A DNA stretch of 64,000 nt from Deferrisomatales bacterium (lineage in GTDB: Bacteria > Desulfobacterota > Deferrisomatia > Deferrisomatales > JACRMM01). Within the stretch, counting starts at the first letter, position 1; each line of letters opens with the position of its first letter. This document shows positions 9,877 to 21,555 of this stretch, one piece after another. The notes below the pieces were generated by a model, which worked only from the letters and a program-made list of their open reading frames with translations, did not search any database and had not been told where the DNA came from. Location: the NCBI GenBank assembly GCA_033551855.1, contig JAWSUI010000002.1, positions 1-64,000 of the forward strand, read 5' to 3'. A program made the translations under genes and the position numbers.

Positions 9877-10874
9877 GGCACCCTCGTGGTGCTTCGTTCC
9901 ACGTCCCCCGCAAAGATCTCGCGGACCGGGGCCCCCTTCCCGGTGTCCACCAGGAGTGACCCCGTCGGCCCCAGGCCGACGGCCCTGCCCTCCACCGTGC
10001 CCCCGGGGGTCTGGACCCGGACCGCCTGTCCCTGGAGGCGAAACCACCGGTGCCAGCGGGGCAGCAGTGCCTCGAGGCCGGTCTGCAGGAAGTCCTCGTA
10101 CGCGCTCTCGAAGGCTTCCAGGAACGCGCACAGGACCTCGGAGCGACGGGGGGGCGGGCAGGTCCACGCCGCCACGGTGGTGCAGAGGTCGCGAATCGCG
10201 GTCGGGTACTCGGCCGGATCCCCCTCCACGTTGACGCCCACCCCGAGGATCACGTGCTCGGTCCGCTGCCCCTCCGCCCGCATCTCCAGGAGGATGCCGG
10301 CCACCTTTCGGCCGCCCAGGAGGACGTCGTTGGGCCACTTGAGCTCGAGAGCCTGCGGCGGCACCCAGCGGGCAAGGGCCTCCGCGAGGGCCACCGCCGC
10401 CGCGAAGGTCAGGGGCGGGGTCTGTGCCGCGGGCAGGGGGGGGCGAAGGAGGAGGCTGAACAGGAGAGAGCGGCCGGGCAGGTCGGCCCAGGTGCGCCCC
10501 AGGCGCCCCCTCCCGGCGGTCTGGCGTTCTGCCAGGACCAGGGCGCCCTCCGGAGCCCCGGCGCCGGCCCAGCGTTCCGCCTCTCGGTTCGTGGAGTCGA
10601 CGGAGCTGCAGTGGCGGGCGGGGCGGCCCAGGCGGCGGGTGCGCAGCGTGGCCGCGAGCTCTCCCGGCCTCAGGCCGGACCCTTGCTGGGTCAGGCGGTA
10701 CCCGCGGGCCGGCAGGCTCTCCACCGGGTAGCCGTGACCCCGCAAGGACTCCACCCCCTTCCAGACGGCCGCCCGGGTCACCCCCATCCGCGCGGCGAGG
10801 TGCTGCCCGGAGACCGGAGTACCGCCGGCTTCGACGAGCCGGCGGAGGATCTCGTCGGCGAGGGTGGGCACCAT
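9873..10874 (-). CDS. birA: Bifunctional biotin--[acetyl-CoA carboxylase] ligase with N-terminal HTH
   Basis: SGQHLA..MGVTRAAVWK HTH; QTAGRGRLGRTW, KWPND and KVAGIL motifs. Confidence 0.95.
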   Translation of the reverse strand: MVPTLADEILRRLVEAGGTPVSGQHLAARMGVTRAAVWKGVESLRGHGYPVESLPARGYRLTQQGSGLRPGELAATLRTRRLGRPARHCSSVDSTNREAERWAGAGAPEGALVLAERQTAGRGRLGRTWADLPGRSLLFSLLLRPPLPAAQTPPLTFAAAVALAEALARWVPPQALELKWPNDVLLGGRKVAGILLEMRAEGQRTEHVILGVGVNVEGDPAEYPTAIRDLCTTVAAWTCPPPRRSEVLCAFLEAFESAYEDFLQTGLEALLPRWHRWFRLQGQAVRVQTPGGTVEGRAVGLGPTGSLLVDTGKGAPVREIFAGDVERSTTRVP

Positions 10875-10936
10875 CGGGACCCCTTTAGAGAAAAGCCTTC
10901 TGATAACGGAAACTTCCAGTTTTGAGGCGGGCCGCT

Positions 10937-10966
10937 ACCTTAGCAGAGGAGCCGAAAAAGTGTCAA
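10937..10966 (-). promoter_or_regulatory. Putative promoter of the birA-coaX-fusA operon
   Basis: Minus strand TTGACA, N18, TAAGGT with an extended -10 TGn. Confidence 0.5.
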
Positions 10967-11195
10967 CCGGAGAAAGGAGGGACCGGCCCGGGAAATCCTC
11001 GACACTGCGGAGCTTTCGCGCCCGCACCGCGCCCGGAAGGGCGGGTGGTCGAAATGCCTGCGCACCCGGTGGCGGCCCGTTCCGGGCCAGCCTTCGGAGC
11101 CACCCGTGGTTCCGCAGGTGCAGTGACCCGGTCTCTCGCCGGAGGAACCGAGGGTCTCTGGGGCGGCCGGGTCGGGGCCGGGGGGGCCATGGGGC

Positions 11196-11225
11196 TGCCC
11201 CTGGCGGCACCTGCCGCCAGGGGCA
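11196..11225. repeat. Perfect 14-bp inverted repeat with 2-nt spacer
   Basis: TGCCCCTGGCGGCA-CC-TGCCGCCAGGGGCA. Confidence 0.85.
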
Positions 11226-11250
11226 AGCTTCGGGGGCAAGGGCCGTCGGC

Positions 11251-11305
11251 AGCAAGTGCTGTCAGTAGCAAGTGCTTGACGGGCGGCGCCGCCCCATGGT
11301 ATCAG
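11251..11305 (+). promoter_or_regulatory. Putative panC promoter with tandem operator-like boxes
   Basis: AGCAAGTGCT at 11251 and 11267; the second box overlaps TTGACG (11276). TATCAG at 11300. Confidence 0.45.
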
Positions 11306-11480
11306 CACGCCACCGCTTGGAGCCGGGCAGCCGGACCGGGACGGGGAAGATCGATGAGGACGTACCGCCCACGGCGGCCCGTCCGGCAGCGGCGCGCGGG
11401 GGGACCCCCGAGGGCGCCGTTGGAGAGATCTGGCGCTCCCCGGCCCCCCGGTGGGCGCCTTCGTCGTTTGGGGTGCGGAC

Positions 11481-12371
11481 ATGGTAACGGTGCAGCGGGG
11501 GGACGAGGTGCGAGGGGTTTCCCGGGCGGCCCGGGCCGGGGGGGCTCGGGTGGCGCTCGTCCCGACCATGGGCTGTCTGCACGAGGGGCACCTGGAGCTG
11601 GTACGAGCCGCGAAGGGGCTGGCAGGGCTCACGGTGGTCTCGATCTTCGTCAACCCCACCCAGTTCGGCCCGGGCGAGGACTTCGACCGCTACCCGCGGG
11701 CCCTGGAGCGCGACGCGGCCCTGTTGCGGGCCGAGGGGGTGGATGTGCTCTTCGCCCCCCCCGTGGAGGAAATGTACCCCCCCGGGTTCGGGACCTTTGT
11801 GAACGTCGAGCGTCTGGCCGAGCCCCTGTGCGGGGCGCGGCGGCCCGGGCACTTCCGCGGGGTCGCCACCGTGGTGGCCAAGCTCTTCCACGCGGTGGAG
11901 CCGGACGTGGCGGTCTTCGGGGAGAAGGACTACCAGCAGCTCCAGGTGATCCGCCGCATGGTGACGGATCTGCAGATGCCCGTGACCGTCGTCGGGGTTC
12001 CCACCGTGCGCGAAGCCGACGGCCTGGCCCTGTCGAGCCGGAACACGTACCTTACCGGGCCGGAGCGGGAGCAGGCCCTGGGTCTGCACCGGGCGCTCGA
12101 GCGGGCCCAGGGGTTGATGGACGCCGGGGAGGAGCGCCCCGAGGCGCTGGAAGAGGCCGCCCGCGGGGTCCTCGAGGCCGCGGGGCTGCGGGTGGACTAC
12201 GCGGAGGTCCGCCACCCGGAGACCCTGGAGCGGATGGACCGAGCGGCGCCCCGCGCACTTCTGGCACTGGCCGCCTACGCCGGGCAGACCCGCCTGATCG
12301 ACAACCGGGTCCTGGTGGCGCCCGGGGTGGGCGAAGGCGGGGGCGGGCCCGCTGCGTGCCCGAACGGATGA
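11481..12371 (+). CDS. panC: Pantoate--beta-alanine ligase
   Basis: [48 protein letters not shown] and RLIDN motifs. Confidence 0.97.
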   Translation: MVTVQRGDEVRGVSRAARAGGARVALVPTMGCLHEGHLELVRAAKGLAGLTVVSIFVNPTQFGPGEDFDRYPRALERDAALLRAEGVDVLFAPPVEEMYPPGFGTFVNVERLAEPLCGARRPGHFRGVATVVAKLFHAVEPDVAVFGEKDYQQLQVIRRMVTDLQMPVTVVGVPTVREADGLALSSRNTYLTGPEREQALGLHRALERAQGLMDAGEERPEALEEAARGVLEAAGLRVDYAEVRHPETLERMDRAAPRALLALAAYAGQTRLIDNRVLVAPGVGEGGGGPAACPNG

Positions 12372-12486
12372 GGGGTCGGGAGAGAGCCGAGACCCGGTGT
12401 GCCGCGCCCGGAAACGGACGGAGGCGCTCCCCCCGGCGCGTCTCCCGCCGACACGAGACTTCGCTGCCGACCGAGGAGTTTTGCCC

Positions 12487-12849
12487 ATGAACCGATGCAT
12501 GCTCAAAGGGAAGATCCACCGCGCCACCGTCACCGGAGCCGACCTCCATTACGAGGGCAGTATCACGATCGACCGCGATCTGATGGATGCGGCCGACATC
12601 CTGCCCTACGAGGAGGTGCGCATCTACAACGTGAACAACGGGGAGCGGTTCGAGACCTACGCCATCCCGGGCGCCCCGGGAGGGGGTGAGATCTGCCTCA
12701 ACGGGGCGGCGGCCCACAAGGTCTCCCTGGGAGACATTGTCATCATCGCGTGCTTTGCCTCGGTGGAGGAAGAGCGGGCCCGCACGTGGCAGCCCAGCCT
12801 GGTCTACGTGGACGGTGCCAATCGGGTTGCCCACCGGAAGGCCGCCTGA
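12487..12849 (+). CDS. panD: Aspartate 1-decarboxylase
   Basis: [16 protein letters not shown] (G-S cleavage site), NGERFETY and LNGAAA motifs. Confidence 0.97.
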   Translation: MNRCMLKGKIHRATVTGADLHYEGSITIDRDLMDAADILPYEEVRIYNVNNGERFETYAIPGAPGGGEICLNGAAAHKVSLGDIVIIACFASVEEERARTWQPSLVYVDGANRVAHRKAA

Positions 12850-12853
12850 TCCT

Positions 12854-14095
12854 TTGCTGCGGATCACCGCCCCCTGGCTGATCCCGTTGGAGGGCCCCCC
12901 CGTGGAGGGAGGGGCCCTTCTCGTGTCCGGGAGCCGCATTGCCGCCGTCGGACGCGCCCGGGAGCTGGCGGGCCGGTGGCCGGAGGCGGAGCGGATCGAC
13001 CTCGACGGGTGCGCTCTCCTGCCGGCCTTGGTGAACGCCCACTGCCACCTGGAGCTCAGCGCCCTGGGGGATCCCCCCCGGGAGACGGGCTTCGTCCCGT
13101 GGCTCCTGGAGGTGATCCGGCGCAAGCGAGCCGCTTCCGGGCAGGACTGGGAGAGGAGTCTGGCGGAGGGGGTGCGGGAGTGTGCGGAGACGGGTCAGGG
13201 CACGGTGGCGGACATTCTTTCGATTCGGGAAGGGGCTGCGTATCCCTCGGACGGGCCCGATGTCCTTGCCTTCGCCGAGGTCATCGCCCCCCGACCGTCC
13301 CGGGCCCGCGGGGTCGTGAAAGGGGCGGTGGCCGCGCGCACCCGGGGCGGGGTGCGCCTGGCGGGGCTCTCCCCCCACTCTCCCTACACCGCGTGTGCCG
13401 AGGCCTACCTGGCGTGCGCCCGGGAGGCGGAAGTTCGGGGTTGGCGCCTCGTCACCCACGTGGCCGAGACCGCTGGAGAGGTCTCGTTCTGCTTGGACGA
13501 GGAGGAGGACCTCACCCCGCTCCTCTACTCTCCCCTGTCGATGGGCCCCCCGCCGCGACCCGGAGCGCACCCGGTGAAGTGGCTCGACCGGCTCGGGCTG
13601 CTGGGCCCTCGCACCGTCTTGGTCCACGCGGTTCACCTGGGTCCTTCCGAGGTGGCCACCGTGGGCCGGAGCGGTGCCGCGGTGGTGCTCTGCCCCCGGA
13701 GCAACCGCCGCTTCGGGTCGTTCAGGGCCCCGGGCCGGGCCCTCCTCGAGGCGGGGGTTCCGGTGGGGTTGGGTACCGACAGTCGGCTCTCGGCGGGGGA
13801 TCTGGACCTGCGCCGGGATGCGGCGGCGGCGGTGGAGGACTACGGGTGGAGCCCGGCCGAAGCCCTGTGGGCGGCGACCCGGGGCAGCGCGCGGGTCCTG
13901 GGGTTGGCCGATCGGGGTGCTCTAGTGGCCGGCGCCCGGGCTGATATACTGGCAGTCCGGGTGGGGGCAGGGCTCGATCCGTGGGAGCAGGTCCTGGCCG
14001 GGGAGGCCGTCGAGGCCCTCTGGATCCGGGGGGAGCGGTGGGAATCTCGGGCACCGTGGCCGGACAAGGCGGGCGCGCGGCCCGTGAGAGAGTGA
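12854..14095 (+). CDS. Amidohydrolase (nucleoside deaminase-like)
   Basis: NAHCHLE, SPHSPY, THVAET, LVHAVH, CPRSN and GTDS motifs; TTG start uncertain. Confidence 0.85.
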   Translation: MLRITAPWLIPLEGPPVEGGALLVSGSRIAAVGRARELAGRWPEAERIDLDGCALLPALVNAHCHLELSALGDPPRETGFVPWLLEVIRRKRAASGQDWERSLAEGVRECAETGQGTVADILSIREGAAYPSDGPDVLAFAEVIAPRPSRARGVVKGAVAARTRGGVRLAGLSPHSPYTACAEAYLACAREAEVRGWRLVTHVAETAGEVSFCLDEEEDLTPLLYSPLSMGPPPRPGAHPVKWLDRLGLLGPRTVLVHAVHLGPSEVATVGRSGAAVVLCPRSNRRFGSFRAPGRALLEAGVPVGLGTDSRLSAGDLDLRRDAAAAVEDYGWSPAEALWAATRGSARVLGLADRGALVAGARADILAVRVGAGLDPWEQVLAGEAVEALWIRGERWESRAPWPDKAGARPVRE

Positions 14096-14101
14096 GGCGG
14101 C

Positions 14102-14794
14102 GTGGGGCTCTTCAAGCGTTTTCGAAAGCACGTGCGCCAGGAGACCCGGAAGCACTTCCTCACCGGGCTGCTGGTGATCGTTCCCCTGGGGCTGACCTAC
14201 TACGTGGTCTCGGCCCTGGTGCGGACCATGGACCGCGTCCTGTCGGTGCTGCCGGCCCAGTTCCACCCCGACACCTACCTGCCCTTCCGGGTGCCCGGGC
14301 TGGGGCTTCTCGTCACGGTGCTGCTCATCCAGGTGGTCGGGCTGCTCAGCGCCAACCTGTTCGGTCGGTCGGTGGTCCACTCCTACGAATGGGTGCTCAG
14401 CCGCATCCCCGTGGTGCGCACCGTGTACGTCGCGATCAAGCAGGTGCTGGAGCAGATGCTCTCCGGGGACTCGGACCGCTTCCGCCGGGTGGTGATGGTG
14501 CAGTACCCCCGCAAGGGGATCTACAGCCTGGGCTTCGCCACCGGGGTGAGCCGGGGCGAGGTGCAGGAGAAGACCCACGAGAGAGTCATCAACGTCTTCA
14601 TCCCCACCACGCCGAACCCGACCTCGGGATTTTACCTCCTGGTTCCGGAGAAGGACGCCGTTCCGTTGGAGATCGCGGTGGACGACGCGTTCAAGCTCAT
14701 CATGAGCGCCGGGCTTGTGGGTGGGGAACGCAGAAAAGAAGAGGCCCGTCCCCCGGAGGGACGGGCCTCGCCGGAGACCGTGGAGGAGACCTAG
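14102..14794 (+). CDS. DUF502 family membrane protein
   Basis: FLTGLLVIVP, RIPVVRTVY and VFIPTTPNPTSG motifs. Confidence 0.9.
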   Translation: MGLFKRFRKHVRQETRKHFLTGLLVIVPLGLTYYVVSALVRTMDRVLSVLPAQFHPDTYLPFRVPGLGLLVTVLLIQVVGLLSANLFGRSVVHSYEWVLSRIPVVRTVYVAIKQVLEQMLSGDSDRFRRVVMVQYPRKGIYSLGFATGVSRGEVQEKTHERVINVFIPTTPNPTSGFYLLVPEKDAVPLEIAVDDAFKLIMSAGLVGGERRKEEARPPEGRASPETVEET

Positions 14795-15078
14795 CGCTTC
14801 TTGCCGGCTGCGCGCTTGCTGGCCTTGAGAGGGTTGAGCATCTTCTGGACCTTGTCTTCCTCGATCTTGATGTGGGTGGCCATGTTGCAGAGCCCGAGGT
14901 TCCACTGCCTCTGCGGGGCCGGGTAGGAGTTGCAGTACTGGCCGGTGGGCCACTGTTCCACCCTGCCGCAGCCCTCGCACTTCTCGGCGACGCTGCGGCA
15001 CTCCCCCCCGGGGAAGGTGCACCCCTGGGCGGCCCAGAAAAAGCAGTCCTTGTCCTTCTTCACCGTCTGGCACAGCAT
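14791..15078 (-). CDS. PxxKW-family small cysteine-rich protein
   Basis: Cys-rich 95 aa with PQRQW..G.C..ATH and a C-terminal NPLKASKR; GGAGG RBS. Confidence 0.8.
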   Translation of the reverse strand: MLCQTVKKDKDCFFWAAQGCTFPGGECRSVAEKCEGCGRVEQWPTGQYCNSYPAPQRQWNLGLCNMATHIKIEEDKVQKMLNPLKASKRAAGKKR

Positions 15079-15146
15079 GGGTCGACCTCCTACGTACGCT
15101 CACGGCCCGCCGGGCCGCTGGATATCGGCAAGCGCAGAAGACTACC

Positions 15147-16574
15147 TTGAGTAACCCGTCGCTGTCAATTCAGGAGACGGTGAAGCAGTCCCTGCTGCAG
15201 GTCGGGCCGTCGGGTCCCGCCGGGATCCTGGTCGCGTGCTCCGGCGGGCTCGACTCCGTGTGCCTCCTCCGTCTGCTGGCCGAGATCCCGGAGGCCGTGG
15301 GGGGGCGGCTCGAGGTTGCCCACGTGGATCACGGTCTGCGGAGGGACTCCGCCCTGGACGCCGGCTTCTGTCAGGGTCTGGCCGGGGAGCTCGGCCTCCC
15401 GTTTCACCTCCTGCGCCTCGGGCCGGAGGAGCTCCTTCCGGGTCCGGGGCTGCAGGCAGCGGCGCGCGGCCTGCGCCGACGGTTTTTCGAGGACACGAGG
15501 CGGCGGCGCGGGCTCGGCGCCATCTCTCTCGGCCACCACGCCGACGATCAGGTCGAGACGGTGATCTTTCGCCTCGTGCGGGGCACGGGGCCCCGAGGTC
15601 TGGGGGGCATGCGGGGGTGGGATCCGCCGTACCTTCGGCCGCTCCTGGACGTCCGCCGGGCGGAGCTCGAGGCCCTGGCCTGCCGGCAGGGCTGGGCGCA
15701 TCGCGAGGACCCGAGCAACCACTCGGACCGCTATACCCGCAACCGCCTGCGGCACAAGGTTCTGCCGGCGCTGCGCTCGATCCACCCGGGGACCGACGAG
15801 GCGGTGCTGCGCCTTTCCCGCTTGGCCGGGGAGGACGACGCATACCTCACGGGGTTGGCCCGGGAGGCTTTTCGCCGGGCCGCGGTGCCGGAGCCCGAGG
15901 GGTTGCGGCTGGCCTGCCCGGTGCTGGCCGGCCTCGCCCCGGCCTTGCGCCGAAGGGTCTACCTGGCGGCCTGGGAGGCGCTCGGGGGTGACCCGGGCCT
16001 ACTGGAGGCCCAGCACCTGGCCGCCCTCGACGTTCTGCTGGAGCCCGGGCGGGCGCACCGCCGGGCGTCCCTCCCGGGGCCGGTGGTGGTCGCCGCGAGC
16101 TACGGGGAGCTCTGGTTCCTGCGTCCAGAGGCCATGTCGCCCCGTCCCCGGGAGCTCCGACTGGTGGTCTCCCCCGGGGCCCACGATGTTCGGGCGGACG
16201 GGATCGCGTGGACCCGGGCCCGCCCCGCCGATGGGCCTTGCCTGGGGGTGCCGCGGGAGCGGGGCCGGGGCGGCCTGTGGGTGAGGACCCGCCGCCCCGG
16301 GGACCGCCTGGGGCGGGAAAGCGGGGGGGAAGTCAAGGTCAAGGACCTCCTCATGGAGGCCCGGCTGCCTCGGTGGCGCCGGGCGCGGGCTCTGGTGGTG
16401 GGTGACGCGCAGGGAGCTCTGGGCGTGCTGGCCCCGGGCCATGTCTGGGGCGGGGGGCGGGGAGGCAACGGCTGGGTCTGGCTGACCGGCCCGGGCAGGG
16501 GTGCGGAGGGCGCCCATCTTGCGGGGATTCCGCCGGGAAACGGTTGTTGCGCCTCGGGCCGATGTGATACATAA
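15147..16574 (+). CDS. tilS: tRNA(Ile)-lysidine synthetase
   Basis: ACSGGLDS PP-loop; HVDHGLR, GHHADDQVET, EDPSN and RNRLR motifs. Confidence 0.93.
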   Translation: MSNPSLSIQETVKQSLLQVGPSGPAGILVACSGGLDSVCLLRLLAEIPEAVGGRLEVAHVDHGLRRDSALDAGFCQGLAGELGLPFHLLRLGPEELLPGPGLQAAARGLRRRFFEDTRRRRGLGAISLGHHADDQVETVIFRLVRGTGPRGLGGMRGWDPPYLRPLLDVRRAELEALACRQGWAHREDPSNHSDRYTRNRLRHKVLPALRSIHPGTDEAVLRLSRLAGEDDAYLTGLAREAFRRAAVPEPEGLRLACPVLAGLAPALRRRVYLAAWEALGGDPGLLEAQHLAALDVLLEPGRAHRRASLPGPVVVAASYGELWFLRPEAMSPRPRELRLVVSPGAHDVRADGIAWTRARPADGPCLGVPRERGRGGLWVRTRRPGDRLGRESGGEVKVKDLLMEARLPRWRRARALVVGDAQGALGVLAPGHVWGGGRGGNGWVWLTGPGRGAEGAHLAGIPPGNGCCASGRCDT

Positions 16575-16633
16575 GAGCGTTCCGAGGATTGCATCCCCAC
16601 CCGGTTGGACATTCCCTCCGAGGAGTAGCCTGA

Positions 16634-18538
<1,905 letters not shown>

Positions 18539-18546
18539 GAGTGACC

Positions 18547-19758
18547 ATGGCCTACCACGTCCGCCCCTTGGAGCTCAACGATCCTCGCCGGGCCGAGCTC
18601 GAGCTCTCCCGTGTGGGCGCCGATCCCGCCGGGGTCGCCAAGATGCGCGACAAGGCCGGCTTCCTGGCCCTCCGGGCAGTGGGGCTCAAGTCGCCTGCTG
18701 CAAACATCCTCAAGCAGGAGATGCTCTCCCTGGGCGGCGACGCCGCCGTGGGCCGGTGGGTGGTCACCTGCTCCGAGGAGCGCAGTGACGCGGTCATCCT
18801 GGGCACACGCAAGCAGATGCGGGCCCTGGTGCGGAAACTCCGTCCCCAGCCCTTCGGGCTCAAGGTCTTGGCGGGGGAGATCCAGCAGTTCCTGTCGACC
18901 GAGTCGCACCCCCGCGCCCTGTCGTGGCCCGGCGGCGTCCTGCGGCTCTCGGAGCGCCCCCATGTGATGGGGATTCTCAACGTGACCCCAGACTCTTTCT
19001 CCGATGGGGGGGACCATCTCGCCCCCGAGACCGCCCTGGAGCGCGCCCTGGCCATGATCGCGGAGGGGGCCGACATCGTCGACGTGGGGGGGGAGTCCAC
19101 CCGGCCCGGCGCGGAGCCCGTCCCTGCCGAGGAGGAGCTGCGCAGGGTCCTCCCGGTGATCGAGCACCTGGCGCCCCGGGTTCCCGTGCCCCTCTCGGTG
19201 GACACGGTCAAGCCCGAGGTTGCCCGGACCGCGGCGGCCGCCGGGGCTTCCATCGTGAACGACGTGAGCGGTCTGCGGGCCGACCCCGGCATGGCCGCCG
19301 CGGTCGCCCAGGCCGGGTGTGCCCTGGTCGTGATGCACATGCGGGGGACGCCCCGCACCATGCAGCGCGACACCCGCTACGCCGACCTTGTGGGGGATGT
19401 GCTCGAGGGGTTGGAGCAGAGCGTGGACCTCGCCGTGGCCGCGGGAGTCCCCAGGGACCGGGTGATCGTGGACCCGGGGCTCGGGTTTGGCAAGGACGTG
19501 CAGGGAAACCTGCTGCTCCTCCGGCGCCTGGGGGAGCTTCGGGGCCTGGGGTGCCCCCTCCTGGTGGGACCGAGCCGGAAGTCCTTCATCGGAAAGGTCC
19601 TGGGAAGCGAGGTCCCCAAGGACCGCCTCGAGGGCTCCCTGGCCGCCGCCGTCGTCGCCGTCTGCAACGGGGCCCACATCGTGAGGGCGCACGACGTGGC
19701 GGCCACTCGCCGTGCCGTCGAGCTCGCGTGGGCCGTGCAGCGCGCGGCAGAGGGGTAG
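18547..19758 (+). CDS. folP: Dihydropteroate synthase with N-terminal extension
   Basis: MGILNVTPDSFSDGG, GGESTRPG, DPGLGFGK, SRKSF and RAHDV motifs. Confidence 0.95.
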   Translation: MAYHVRPLELNDPRRAELELSRVGADPAGVAKMRDKAGFLALRAVGLKSPAANILKQEMLSLGGDAAVGRWVVTCSEERSDAVILGTRKQMRALVRKLRPQPFGLKVLAGEIQQFLSTESHPRALSWPGGVLRLSERPHVMGILNVTPDSFSDGGDHLAPETALERALAMIAEGADIVDVGGESTRPGAEPVPAEEELRRVLPVIEHLAPRVPVPLSVDTVKPEVARTAAAAGASIVNDVSGLRADPGMAAAVAQAGCALVVMHMRGTPRTMQRDTRYADLVGDVLEGLEQSVDLAVAAGVPRDRVIVDPGLGFGKDVQGNLLLLRRLGELRGLGCPLLVGPSRKSFIGKVLGSEVPKDRLEGSLAAAVVAVCNGAHIVRAHDVAATRRAVELAWAVQRAAEG

Positions 19759-19762
19759 TCCG

Positions 19763-20593
19763 GTGATCGACCTTCCCGCGGGCCTGCGCTGGCAGGACGT
19801 GGTGGATATCCTCCTGGTGGCCCTGGTGATCTACCGGATCTTCATCCTGGTCAAGGGGACCCGGGCGCTGCAGATGCTGGTAGGGATGGCCGTCGTCGTC
19901 GTGGCTTTCGTGACCAGCCAGATCTTCGAGCTGTTCACCCTGCACTGGATCCTGAACGCCTTCCTCTCCTCCATCATCCTGGTGGTGGTGGTGCTCTTCC
20001 AGAACGAGATCCGCCGGGCGCTGGCCCACGTAGGGGTCAACCCCTTTCTTTCGGCGAAGGAGGGCTCCGAGGAGAGCGGCCAGGTGGTGGAGGAGCTCAT
20101 GAAGGCCGCGGTGAGCCTCTCCAACAAGAAGATCGGGGCGCTCATCGTGCTCCAGCGGGAAACCGACCTGCGGGACTACGTGGAGGAGGGGGTGCGTGTC
20201 GACGGGGCCTTGAGCAAGGAGCTCCTCCTCTCGATCTTCATCCCTTACTCCCCCATCCACGACGGCGCGACGATCGTGCTCAGGAACCGTGTGTTGTGGG
20301 CCGGCTGCTTCCTGCCGCTGACCACCCGGCTCGACGTGGACAAGGAGCTCGGAACCCGGCACCGGGCCGCTCTGGGAATCACCGAGGAGACCGATGCGGT
20401 GGTGATCGTGGTCAGCGAGGAGACCGGCGGCATCTCGGTGGCGATCAACGGCCGGATCACCCGGCACCTCGACGGTGTCACCCTGCGCCGGGTCCTGCTG
20501 AAGCTGTTTCCCGAGGGACGCGACTCGGCCAGGGGTCGAAAGACCTCACCCCGGAGGCGGCCCCGTACAGCCTCCAAGGAGGCGCGGGCGTGA
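19763..20593 (+). CDS. cdaA: Diadenylate cyclase CdaA
   Basis: Three TM helices; HDGA, GTRHRAA and VSEETG motifs. Confidence 0.95.
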   Translation: MIDLPAGLRWQDVVDILLVALVIYRIFILVKGTRALQMLVGMAVVVVAFVTSQIFELFTLHWILNAFLSSIILVVVVLFQNEIRRALAHVGVNPFLSAKEGSEESGQVVEELMKAAVSLSNKKIGALIVLQRETDLRDYVEEGVRVDGALSKELLLSIFIPYSPIHDGATIVLRNRVLWAGCFLPLTTRLDVDKELGTRHRAALGITEETDAVVIVVSEETGGISVAINGRITRHLDGVTLRRVLLKLFPEGRDSARGRKTSPRRRPRTASKEARA

Positions 20594-21555
20594 GGCTCGG
20601 TTTCTTGCGGGATTTGGTCCTGGAGAACTGGGGGCTCAAGCTTCTCTCGCTGGCCTTTGCCGTGCTCCTGTGGATGTTCGTCGTGGGGGAGAAGCGCAGC
20701 GAGGTGAGCCTGTCCTTGCCCCTGGAGCTCACCCGGGTGCCCCAGGACATGGTGATCGTGAGCCGGGTGCCGGAAGCCATCCGGGTACGCCTGAACGGAC
20801 CACGGAGCCTGCTGGCGGGGGTGAACCCGAACCAGCTCGTCGTGCGCCTGGACCTGGACGGGATCCAGCCCGGCATCAGCGGCTTCGAGATCCTGCCGTC
20901 CCGCCTCAATCTGCCGCGGGGGGTCGAGGTTACCTACATCTCGCCCTCGGTGATCACCCTGGAAGCCGACGCGAAGGCCCGCAAGGTGGTCGCGGTGCGG
21001 CCGCGGCTGCGAGGCGCGCCGGCGGAGGGGTTCGAGGTTGCGGCGCTGCGGGTGGACCCCGAGGAGGTGGAGGTGGAGGGCGCACAGCGCGTGGTGCAGC
21101 GGCTCCAGGAGGTCCCCACGGAGCTCCTGGACGTCACCGGACTGGACGGGAGCTTCACGCGGCCCTTGGAGCTGGCCTTTCCCGACCCCTCCTTGCGGGC
21201 GGTGGGCAGGGGCACCGTGCGGGTGGAGGCGACCATCGTGGAGATGCGCGGAGACCGCGAGTTCGTGCAGGTGCCGGTGCGCATCCCGGCGCCGGGGCTG
21301 GGTGCGGTGCCCGCCGCGGTGAATGTGAAGCTGGAGGGCCCGGTACGGGTGATCGCGCGGCTTTCGGCGGCCGATCTGACCGTGGAGTTGCAGCCCGTGG
21401 GGCCCGAGCCCCTCCCGGGGCCGGCCTGGGTGAGGGTCGTGGGTCCTGCCGGCACCCGGGTGGTTTCCGTCGAGCCCGAGGTGGTGCTGGTGGCGCCCCT
21501 GGACAACGAGAGCCCGGCCCGGAGCGGACCGGCCACGGACACGGTGGTGCCATGA
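20590..21555 (+). CDS. cdaR: CdaR/YbbR-like regulator
   Basis: [16 protein letters not shown] anchor and YbbR-type repeats; lies between cdaA and glmM. Confidence 0.88.
   Translation: MRLGFLRDLVLENWGLKLLSLAFAVLLWMFVVGEKRSEVSLSLPLELTRVPQDMVIVSRVPEAIRVRLNGPRSLLAGVNPNQLVVRLDLDGIQPGISGFEILPSRLNLPRGVEVTYISPSVITLEADAKARKVVAVRPRLRGAPAEGFEVAALRVDPEEVEVEGAQRVVQRLQEVPTELLDVTGLDGSFTRPLELAFPDPSLRAVGRGTVRVEATIVEMRGDREFVQVPVRIPAPGLGAVPAAVNVKLEGPVRVIARLSAADLTVELQPVGPEPLPGPAWVRVVGPAGTRVVSVEPEVVLVAPLDNESPARSGPATDTVVP

Noticed and set aside
10961..10968. TGTCAACC as a BirA operator
   Set aside because: Only a half-site is present; it is better explained as the minus-strand -35 element.
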